In this document: positions 52,892-64,000 of the stretch, piece by piece
How the letters are laid out: each line of letters starts with the position of its first letter
Position numbering within the stretch: position 1 is the first letter of the stretch
NCBI RefSeq assembly: GCF_006345805.1
Contig: NC_043005.1
Span: forward strand, 79,608,001-79,672,000
DNA length: 64,000 nt
Direction: 5' to 3'
Source: Octopus sinensis
Taxonomy: Eukaryota
Notes under the pieces: generated by a model
Databases searched by the model: none
What the model saw: the letters and a program-made list of their open reading frames with translations, nothing else
Told to the model about the DNA's origin: nothing
Program-made: the position numbers and the translations under genes

Positions 52892-54477
52892 CAGTGATAC
52901 CTTGCAGAACGAGTTTAATTCATTCTATGGCCGAGCACGTTTTACGATCTACTCGTTTTACAAATCAGTTTTCCCCATTGAAATTAATTAAAATAAAATT
53001 CATCCGTTCCAGACCCCCAAAATTACCCCGAAATCATTTTTTATGGGTTTTAAAACAGAAAAGGTACAGTTACAAGGAACATGACAATTATAAAAACATA
53101 ATAAAAGAGAATGCAAAAGAAATATGAAAACTGGTTTTATTCAATGAATTACCTTAAAGATGGGATGATTTGTGCACGAGGAAGACGATGCAGCGTTGAG
53201 AAAGAGGAGGGGGATTACTGTTTGGAAGGAGATTCTGTTTTCATTAAGACTTCAGGAAGAAAGACTTCTAGCGATTTCTCTCACACTTCGCTTAATGTAA
53301 GCTTTTTGGAATCTTTCTTCACTGTTCACACTAGCTTTTTGGTGGAAAAACATATCAAGAGGAGTCTGCTTTTTCCTGCCTTTCAAATGTTACGAAAATG
53401 CGTCAGAGCAGAGTTATTAAATAAAGCAGCTGTATGACCTGTAAATACTTGTTTATGATGATTTTTTTGCTACAAATTCAGAAACATACTGCCACATTAC
53501 CAACACTGCCTTTGTGTCACGCGTAGAGATAACCTCCGCTACACTGTTCTCTTCCGGGGAGCCAATCTCTTCCACCGCATCCGAATGTTGCTGCTCCTGA
53601 ACCTGCAGGAGTTCATCTGTCGTCATTTCCTCTGAGTGTTCCTCGACGTGATCGTTAATGTCCTCGTCATCAACCTCGTTGCCCATGGACTTGCCAAGAG
53701 ACACTATCTCCTCGACTAGAGGTGTCTCAGATTCAAAACTCTCGAAGTCTGTTTCGGAAACGCAGTTAGGCCATAGTTTCCTCCTGCAGAATCCAGCGTT
53801 CTCCTCGTTCCACCCTGCCAGGCTATTTCAATGATTTACAGGTTCTAACAATGCTGTAGGGCTCCTTCCAAAACTCACGAAGAGTTAGATTTGTATTTCA
53901 GTGACTTCAATGCACCGATGAAACAGGTGCTTGGTGTACAATTTCTTAAAATTAGACATCACTAGAGAGCCTGGAGACAACCTTTGGTTGTTGAAACGGC
54001 TTTGATCTCATCCTTTTTCTTCAGGATGGTTCAGATCGTCGATACTTCGGCCATATTGACGTGATATGTCCACCACACATATACCTCTCTCAGGTTTATT
54101 GATGATTTCCTTCTTTAATTCTATCGTAACCAGCTTTTTCTTCTCGGTTCTGACCTTTGCACTAATCTTCTGAAGACCCATGGCTAATACAACTAATTAT
54201 TATAAAATTATAGTAAAAGCACACAACACTAAAAACTAAAATTTGGAAAACACAATAGGGATGCTGCAACAACGAGATAAACACGTGAACTGAGCGAGCG
54301 GAGGCTGCACTTGTTGGCAGAGCGAGTGCGAGCTCTGTGCCAACTAGCGGTCGCTTGTATGAAACTCGCTCGTACTGTGGATTTCCGTTCGTATTTCAAG
54401 ACAAAAATTCGCACGAGCCTCGGCTCGTACAGCAAATTGCTCGAACTGTGGTGCACTCGCACTACGAGATTCTACTG
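52892..54477 (-). mobile_element. Tigger/pogo-like element (copy 2, inside the gap-flanking duplication)
   Basis: Near-identical to 50192-51771. Confidence 0.8.
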
Positions 54478-55227
54478 TATATCATAAACAGGATCGGCTT
54501 TAATAGCCAGATGTACAATATCGTTAATATAATAGTATTCTAAACATCGAATCCAAATTATGTTACATGTTAAGAATATTTGTCATCAAAGGTAAGATTT
54601 AAGCATCCATTATGTTGCTTTCTTAATCCCAAAATGTCAAAATCAAAGTTTCTTAGCAATTATTTCTACCGTTTAGATTACTTTGCATCAAACAATCTTA
54701 TTTATTGATCATTGAATCAGTATATAATCAGTTTTCTCAGAGGATAAGATATAAATATGCGGTAATTTTAATATTATAGTACAAATAGTCAATTATAATC
54801 TGAGATTAAAATCATATCATAGAATTCAATAAATAAAAGATACGTACTACCCAGTGTGTGTGTGTGTGTGTGTATCTGTCTGTCTATCTGACTGTCTGCC
54901 TTTGTCCCTCATCACCACTCCACAAACGGTGCTGGTGTTTATGTCTGTAACATAATGATTTGGCGAAAGAGACCGATAGATAAATACCAGGTTTTAAAAA
55001 ACAAGGAATGGGGTCGATTCTTTCGACTAGAGATTCTCTGATGTAGTACCCTAGCATGGCCGCAGTCTAATTACTAAAATAAGACAAAGGGTAATATATA
55101 TATAGCAAAAATTTAAATTCAGATGAATTAGATACTTCTTTGTCTATCTCCTTACCTTCTTGGGGGTTTTAGGTAAAATTATAATAATGTGTCCATCTGT
55201 TTTAATTTAATTCAATTCTATGTCTTT

Positions 55228-55315
55228 ATGCACCTGAGGATTGCTCTGCATTTAAGTTAATGTAGTGATTGCATTGTTCAGTTAAATGGAGTTGCTTGAA
55301 ACGATCGTACTGCAT
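55228..55315 (+). ncRNA. Degenerate type I hammerhead motif (family P6)
   Basis: augcac-CUGAGGA (55234-55240), 57-nt stem II, GAAA (55298-55301), C-GAUC-G palindromic stem III, UA|cugcau. Confidence 0.5.
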
Positions 55316-56297
55316 TACCTATGGATATCCTCGTTGCTTATTTATATATATATATATATGTGCGTGTGTGTGTGTGTGTGTCTGTGTGTGTGCATGTATC
55401 TATCGCTTTAGGAAAATATACTTCTTTCAGTCATTAAACTGCAGAAATCTTAAAGGGTGTAACGCTGCTGTCTTGAATAGTTTAGTCGAACAAATCACCC
55501 TCTCTATATATTTTAACTTAGTGTATCTCGGAGCCCATTACTGATTGTATCATTCCTTCTTTTGAAATGGCACGCTGTGATTTGTGATCTACTCGGCTGC
55601 TAACTCTAATAGATCAAGCAATTACACGCATGTTCTCTTGTAAGCACAAATCCGTAAAGTAAGTGGGGAAAAATGTATCATTTATGCAGGTAGGTAAAAA
55701 AAAATGACGTCATATTATCATATAATCTCGTGTCTGTTTATCATAATATGAGAAAAAATTGGTTTAAATACTTGATTCCAGCAAAATGTTATCCAAGAAA
55801 ACAAATTGACATTTACAAATATTTTTTTGGAATCCTCCTTATTGATCACGTTCAATCATTTTCAATTATATTTATTTTCTTTCTTTTTATTGTGCTTAAA
55901 CCTGGTGTACTAACACTGAACCCTGTATCCAACTTTAAAATATATTACATCAATTTTGTTAGCAATCAATTAGAGATGGCAATGGTATTTGGTGACAAAA
56001 AACTAGAGTGAGTTTGGTTTGACATAAAATCTGAGTGTCTGGTCAACCTGCTGCACTTAACGACATTTCGAAGACAGAAATTATTTGTTCATGCGTGGAA
56101 GGCAATGAACTGCACGTAAACGCATAATAGTTAGACTCAGGTGTCATGTTAGTCAGGTAAATGCAGAAATGCGTGTTGGGGGAAAGGTGAAAGTTTCGAG
56201 TTACTAAAATAATCCAGTTCTCTTTTTCTGTTACATGTGTATGCATGTATGTAGTTATATAGTCATGCATATATACATATATATATAAATATATGTA

Positions 56298-56351
<54 letters not shown>

Positions 56352-56356
56352 TGTGC

Positions 56357-56420
<64 letters not shown>

Positions 56421-56599
56421 TACATATATATATACATACATATATACGTAAAGCTTGGAAGGTGATTGCAAGAATGAATAACGAATAAAGAATAAAGATA
56501 GATGTGTATTTTATAATTTATGTATTTATTTATTCTCTATCAAGTAAGAACGATCAGTTTATTTTCAGGTCTTCCGCCTTCACTATTAGAAGGAATACA

Positions 56600-57120
56600 C
56601 ACGGTCTGTCCATAGAGAGAGATATTTATCGACCTCGAAAGGATGAAAGGCAAAGTCGATCTCGGTGGAATTTGAACTCAGAACGCACCGGCAGACGAAA
56701 TATTGCTAAGCATTTCGCCCGACGTGCTAATGATTCTGCCAGCTCGCCACCTTACCGTAAAGTTTATTATTTTAATTCTAAACAAATGTGGATTCTCTTT
56801 GATTTTCCTTGTTTCTCTTCACACTTCAAATAACACTACAAATTCTTAAATTTTCAGAAAAAATCTGAACTATTCAAACATTACTAATATATTTGTGTTA
56901 AGCCGGCGAGCTGGCAGAAACGTTAGCACACCGGGAGAAATGCTTAACAGTATTTTGTCTTTCTTTACGTTCAGGGTTCAAATTCCGCCGAGGTCGACTT
57001 TGCTTTTCATCCTTTCGGGGTCGATAAATGAAGTACCAGTTGCATACTAGGATCGATTTAATACACTGCCTCCCCTCCCAAAAATTCCTGGCCTTTTGCC
57101 TAGAGTAGAAAATAATATTC
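56600..57120. mobile_element. SINE B copies, minus (56600-56760) and plus (56900-57120)
   Basis: Family-B consensus. Confidence 0.75.
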
Positions 57121-57367
57121 TTTTATTCTTTGATTTGTTTCAGACTGAGGCCATGCTAGAGCAGTCACAGGATTTTAGTCGAAGAAATCGACTTATTCTT
57201 TGTAAGCCTAGTATTTATTCTACTATCCTTCTGTTTTTGGCGAAGCTCTAAGTTAGGGGACGTAAAGACACCAACATCTGTTGGCAAGCGATGGCAGGAG
57301 GACAAACACACGCATAAATATATTCATATATTTATGTGTGTGTGTATTTATGTGTGTATGTGCATGT

Positions 57368-57403
<36 letters not shown>

Positions 57404-57570
57404 CGATGGGCTTCTTTCAGTTTCCGTCTGCCAAATCCACTCACAAGGCTTTGGCTGGCCCAAGGCTATAGTAGAAAACCTAGAACATGTGGTTGGTAAG
57501 CAAGCTTCTTATCACTCAGCCATGTGTGTATCTATTTATAAATTGCGTTTATCGATAGATAGATAGATAC

Positions 57571-57634
<64 letters not shown>

Positions 57635-58593
57635 ACGTCTTGGTGTTGTGTTGGCGCCGTTCGTCGCTTGACGACTGGCGTGTGTTCTTGAAAGTAACCG
57701 TAAACTAGCGGTTCGGCAAAAGATATAAGAATAAGTAATGGACTCTAAAATTAAGTAGCAGGAGTCGATTTATTCAGACTGATGCTTCCGCATGACCGTA
57801 ATCCACTGACTGAAAATATGTGTAAAGAAGGGTGTATTTTAGAATACTGAAGATATAGTAAGTAGGATACATTTCATATATGTGTGCTTGTGTAATTGTA
57901 AATGTGTGAAATTTCTAACCCATTGTTCGTTGAGTGCTTGAACAAGGGAGAAAACGAAACGTCAACTCAGTCACTGGATGATCAGTTACTAATAACATCA
58001 GAAATCATACTTAGAACGCCTTAATTTGAATAATTCATGAATTTAACCCTTATTGTTGAAAATTATCCAAAAATAAAAGAAAACCTCTGACTCTTGTCTA
58101 TAACATCTTATATATCGGAAATACTTTACCCGTTGTTTTCTTCATTTTCTTTGAAATGGTAAGGTTTGGTTGGTGGAAGATTCGGTTAGTATTCTAAAAG
58201 AACGCTTGCCAGTTGTAAAAATGTTTTCCTGCATTGCTCAATTAATATCAGATTTTTATTTCAGTTTTTGTTCTTATTAGTTATAAACAAAAAATAGTAA
58301 GATAAAGTGAAACGACCATGACATATACGCAATTTTTCTTTACTATAAGATAAGTATCATAGTAAAAAGGAAAAAAAAAACAGTACACAATAATTCAGGG
58401 AAAAAGAATTTACACAGTCTGTGAAAGATTTCAGAACATTTACAAATAGAAGGTCTTACAGCTGGAGCTTAACTATAGTCTGTCCATAGCACTTACTCAG
58501 CATTACCTGACACCTTTTGGTCTTATTGACACCATTACCTCTCATACCTCTCTGTCTGTCTCTCTCTCCCTCTATCTCTGTATATATATATAT

Positions 58594-58633
<40 letters not shown>

Positions 58634-59891
58634 ATATATATATATATATATTATATAATATTATATATATATATATATATATGTATATTGCGTGCTCGCT
58701 TAGCCAGCGGGGTGGCGTCATTCGAAGGCTAAAACAATGCGAACGCATTGTGACCAGCGATGTGTAACAACATATGATGGTCTGGTCAGTCATGTGAGTC
58801 ATGTGATATATATATATATATATATTTTATTTATTTATATATATAGTACATAAACATATATATAACATGTATATATATTTGTATATGTATATATATATTT
58901 GTATATATATATTATATATATATATATATATATGTATAATATATGTATATATATATATGCATGTATGTATATATGTATGAATGTGTGTCTTTGTGTGCGT
59001 ATGTATGTACGTATGTATGTATGTATGTATAATATTTTATCCTGTTGCCAGTAATAACCTTACACCGTATTCTCAAATGCGTCGTATAGTGTCTTAAGGA
59101 AGACTACATATTCAAGTCGTCAGAAGACAACAGAAAAAACCAATGAATGAAAAGATTTCTGAAACACAAACGTAGAATGCATGTTTATACATTAGCTTGA
59201 CACAATGTCGTTTGTGTCAACGTATCCATTCATGTTTGCAGATGGCAATTCTTGTCCACGTCATTTATTAGCAACTGTAAACTGTGACTGAATAAACAAC
59301 GTGAAAAGCGTCAGAGAGTGAAAAGTAGACAAGAAAAGCGTCACGTAAAAGTTGGAAAACTACGACTAAATACAATAAGAAACCGAGAAATGTAATACTG
59401 AAGTTAAAGGAACGAAATTGCTATTATAATAGACAGTAATTCGCGATTATGACAATGCGTAGGACATGAGGTCTGACAAAAGATAATAATAAAACTAACA
59501 GAAATAAAAAGAAGAGGAAAATGTCATACAGAATATAGGGTTTAGGACAACAAGTTAATTGAGATAAGACATTTGTTAAGAAAGAGCCTTAATGAAAAAT
59601 AAATAAATAAAATGTAGAATTCACTTCAGCAACAATAAAAACAACAAGGAAGGAATATAAAAAATATAGATTAGGGTTCCTGAGTGCGAAGGTGTAGATA
59701 CAAACACACACGCGCACGTATGTATGTATATATATATATATATATATAAAGAGAGAGAGAGAGAGAGTGAGAGATGTATGTATGTATGTATGTATGTATA
59801 ATGGTCAGGTGCAGATAATCTTGTATATCTTGTACGGGTTGACAGTGGGGTGCAGATCAAACCTTAACGTGAATCCAGCTAACAAATAGCG

Positions 59892-59928
<37 letters not shown>

Positions 59929-60089
59929 GGAGTGAGGACATGAGGTGAAAGCAGGGACAGAAAAACAGAGAGAGAGAGAGAGTGAAGAGAAGGTGTGAGG
60001 GAGAAAGGGAAGGAAGGAGGAAGGGAGTTGCACTAACTTGATGTAAGTGCAACTAAATGTACATATGGTATATATATATATCTATATAT

Positions 60090-60134
<45 letters not shown>

Positions 60135-60140
60135 ATATAG

Positions 60141-60171
<31 letters not shown>

Positions 60172-60177
60172 CATATT

Positions 60178-60247
<70 letters not shown>

Positions 60248-60782
60248 ATACGTATAGGAATGTACGCATTGCTCTCTTTCGTCTCTCTCTCCCCTCTCTT
60301 TACACTGAATGTACATATATACACACACACATACTCTCACTATATATATTGGTATATAGACAGGGGTAGATAGATACGTATACGTACATACATGTTTATG
60401 AATGTACAGACACAAACACATTCACGCACGCACGTGTCTGTGTGTGTGTGCTTGTGTGTGTGTGTGTTTGTCTGTGTGTATGTGCATGTGTGTATGTGAT
60501 GTGTATGTGTGTGAGGTTAGATACCCGGATACCTGCTACAGGTAATCATGTAAGCCAGTACAAGTTGTACATGATCTGACCGTCGCTAACTAAATCACTA
60601 AACCTGTAACCTCATCAAACCTGTTTGGTGAAAAGAGTGCTATTTTTGACACCCTGTACGATAAAAAGCAAGCTTGCCAAACCTTAGATGAACTCAGTCG
60701 CTTCAACTGCCAGCCACTAAATGGGCATATTTGGACGTGTATATGTATGTATATATTTTCGTCGGTTATTTGAAACAAATCT

Positions 60783-61138
60783 TTCGGAAACCAAAGTGGA
60801 CCACACTTTAGCTATATATCATCTCTCTTTTCAGCTCTAACATGGAAGCTTCGAATCTAACGCAGAAAATGAAAAGGTGTGCGATTCTTGTCGCCTTAGC
60901 CACCAGCCCCAATGTTTCTGAGATTGCAACCTTAAATAAGGTTGTCAGGTCCTTTGTCTTTAAGATCAGAAACGAATACCTCGCCTCCTGCAAGAATCTG
61001 TATCCTGTGGCCAGAAGAAAAATAAAAGAAACATTTTTTACGATCAGACATTGTTAAAAGAGTCAAGTTTGAGCAACAAGTCCAGGGCATCAAGAACAGG
61101 TATCCTTGCAAGTCAATGAGAGCCATTGTCAATCATCT
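60783..61138 (+). mobile_element. Tc1/mariner (maT-like) transposase 5' fragment
   Basis: MKRCAILVALA...SEIATLNKVVRSFVFKIRNE...PVARRK...RSDIV...YPCKSMRAIV resembles the HTH region of maT-type transposases. Confidence 0.6.
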
Positions 61139-62139
61139 CTACGCGTCAGTGTTGGCTCCCTAAAGTCCAACCCCTCCTCAAAGTGGTAGGGTAGTGTAAA
61201 CGGGCAGTGTCAGAGCTATGCCGCCGGGAACTTTAGTTCCTGGTAGGGCCACCCAAGGCGGATTGGTCTGGCACCGAGCGGTATTAGGGCCGCAGCCTGG
61301 CCAACGGGGCTCTGGTTAAAATTCCAAGAGGTGTCTGATCGGCAACCGGCTCTGACGGGCCCGAAACGATTTAGCTCTTTTTAGGTTAAAAGAACTTTGT
61401 CAAAGAACAAAAGAATGAAGGGGTGGAAGGGCAGATAGCATGCACCGACCGAAATGAAGTCCCCACTGTTATACAGACAAATATTCCATTGTCTGTGACA
61501 GAAAATGAAGGCCGTGTCATACCTCCTGACATTCGTCCAGCAAAGTCTTAAGGTCAATGCGTTAGCTTACATTGATCAATGGAGACTGTTATCAAACCTG
61601 AGTCCAGATGTTTGCTCGAGGGAGGCCATATATATTCTACAAAATCTCTGTTCCATTATATATAAAGTCTGCACAGCCCAGCAGTAGAAGGCCGAATGTT
61701 TTCCTTTTCCCTATATGTTTATATCGGCATATGCGTACCAAATTATATAAAAAATGTATTGTTGTTAATAAATACTTTTATTTCCCTTAAACTAAAAATT
61801 TATTTTCAGATGCAGACGCAATCTCTTACATACCGGTTTGTGTGTACTTGTGTGAGTGTGTGTGTGTATGTATATATATGTATACACATGCACGCACACA
61901 CACACGCGCGCTAGCGTGCGCACACACACGGGCATATATATATATATATATATACATATATATATAGGCGAGTTCAGCACCCCCACCCAACAGAAAACGG
62001 TATCTGTGGACCGCACGGTTTCATGGCTATTTCCCTTCGTCAGCACATAATAACTGTTTGGATATCTATTTATAACTAAGGTACTAAGAAGCACCACATT
62101 TGCTCAAAATAGGAGTCATAAAAACTCCGAACCCACAAG

Positions 62140-62545
62140 ATTTAAGAGTAAATTTTATAGGCATGGTTGGAAAAAAAACTAAGTGAATTAAGATTGTGCC
62201 TTAACCTGGTATAATGATTTCAAATTTAGTACCAAATGCACTTGATTATCTGCAGTTAAATCTACTCACAATAATGTTCTTTATATATTTCTATGCTAAT
62301 TCACTTAGTTCGTTTTCTCAATGCGGTTGAGGCCCTGAAACGAACACAGGCATAGGTTGAAGTGAAATATAGTTATTGTCATGAGTTGACTTGGCTGAAG
62401 AGAATCAAGTACATTTGGCGCTAAATTCAAAATCATGGTACCAGGTTAACAGACATCCCTTCTTTCAATTTTGCAGAGGTAAGGCGCAATTTTTATTCAC
62501 TTGGTTTTTTTCTAACCCTGACTGTAAAAATTTAGTGTTAATACT
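62140..62545. mobile_element. Old divergent inverted pair of hammerhead-bearing repeat fragments, family P7
   Basis: 62201-62255 is the approximate reverse complement of 62395-62449; complementary lesions reconstruct CUGAAGA...GAAA...UA|CCAGG. Confidence 0.6.
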
Positions 62546-62623
62546 TGTGGCTTCGGAGTATTTTTGTCTCCTATTTGTTAGCAAAGTTGGTGCGTCATAG
62601 CGCCCTTGTTATATGCAATTATT

Positions 62624-62670
<47 letters not shown>

Positions 62671-63053
62671 TTTTACCTATACAGTTTTAAGCTTACAGCC
62701 ACTAACATTGTTATCTCCCATTAGTAACAATGTTCTTTATAACTTTACAAAAGAATATTGAGTAATCCGTCTGTTTATTATTAAATTGTTTGTCTTACAA
62801 TTTCGCATGAAGACAAATAAACATATACATACACACACACACACGCGCGCGCACAGACACACAGACACACACACACACATATATATATATATTATATATA
62901 TATATTGATAATAATGAAAATAATTCATATGGAATTTATAGATATTTTAATGCACAGCTAGTGCGTCACCACAAATCACATATTTGTGGCTTTAGTTCGT
63001 ATACCTGAGATGATTACAGTCCAATATATAATATCCATGCACACACACAACAC

Positions 63054-63088
<35 letters not shown>

Positions 63089-64000
63089 CACATATATATA
63101 AATATACATACATACATACAAATAAATGCAGCCGTGGCTGTGTGGTAAGAAATTTGTTCCCCAATCACATGGTTCTGGGTTCAGTCCCACTGCATGACAC
63201 ATTGGGCAAGTGTCTTCTACGAAAGCCTCGGGCCGACCAAAGCCTTTTCAGTGGATTTGGTAGATGGAAACCGAAAGATGCCCGTCGTATGTATGTACGT
63301 ATGTAAACTGAGACTTGTATTGCTTTATTTATAAGGAACATGGGTTGAAGAACTCGATACATAATGCAGAGTATAATTATTTGTATATAAATATTGTCTT
63401 TGTTGTTACCTTAAATTTTTCCAATATACACCTTGACTGACAGTCATACTAAATTATCAAAATATGCCATGAGTCAAAATACCACAAGGAACTTCATTAA
63501 TTCTTTAGTTTACACAGATTGTGAACGCTCTTTGTATTGAGCGCTGTTTTCTTTAACAATCATCACCCTTTAATTTCTTCGCGAAATTGTAGTGATTTAG
63601 AGGATGTTTGTTGATTAAGAATTAGCTACACATTTTTCGCTTGTTATATTTATTTTGTTTTTGTTCTGTTAAATTTTCTGTTTGCTGTGTTTTTGTTAAA
63701 TATTTAAAATTAATTTCATATTGAAATTTACCGGTTAACTCGTCCCTTAACTATTCAAATATTTAAACAATCCAGAACCGACCAAAATATTCCACACCTT
63801 TTATTGGTCAAACCTGACAGATTCAGTCTCTCACGCCCACTCTACAATGTCCAAAAATAGACTGCCACATGATCGAATTTTGAAAATTGCGTGATTAATT
63901 GAAAACAATCTGATAAAATAAACATTACCTATGATAGAGTAATCAGGATGGTAAAAAGATAGATGTTACCTCGGTTGGCATGTTGCGTTTCGTATCTTAG

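Noticed and set aside
50411-53437. Duplicated MQKKYENW ORFs as a tandem gene pair
   Set aside because: They are antisense to a Tigger-like element and lie in the gap-flanking duplication.
61140-61350. HDV-like or twister ribozyme in the GC-richer repeat
   Set aside because: Could not find the P3/L3 (YCnCG) and P1.1 elements or the twister consensus by eye.

Overview
AT-rich, microsatellite-dense eukaryotic DNA with no recognisable host protein-coding gene, rRNA or genuine tRNA gene. It reads as intergenic or intronic. The SINE and transposon content resembles coleoid cephalopod (probably Octopus) DNA; this is inferred from memory of the repeat families, not from a search. The window is a mosaic of decayed mobile elements: three stacked R4/Dong-like RLE LINE 3' fragments in (TAA)n/(ATC)n tracts; Helitrons (a head-to-tail non-autonomous array, a decayed Rep-helicase fragment, two further non-autonomous copies); Tx1/L1 and CR1 LINE fragments; two near-full-length dead mariners; maT-like and Tigger/pogo fragments; MITEs; and four tRNA-derived SINE families. 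A 2.6-kb duplication flanks a 100-N gap and is probably an assembly or haplotype artefact. The most interesting signal is non-coding: six apparently unrelated repeat families, plus two degenerate candidates, carry type I hammerhead-ribozyme motifs (CUGANGA...GAAA...NUH). They show palindromic or near-palindromic minimal stem III and often very long stem II insertions. Four loci share a divergent inverted geometry (left copy minus, right copy plus), including a young near-identical pair with intact cores at 23.6-24.7 kb centred on a perfect 60-bp palindrome. These are most plausibly Penelope-like pLTR or retrozyme relics. All RNA structures were paired by eye; no folding or database search was run.
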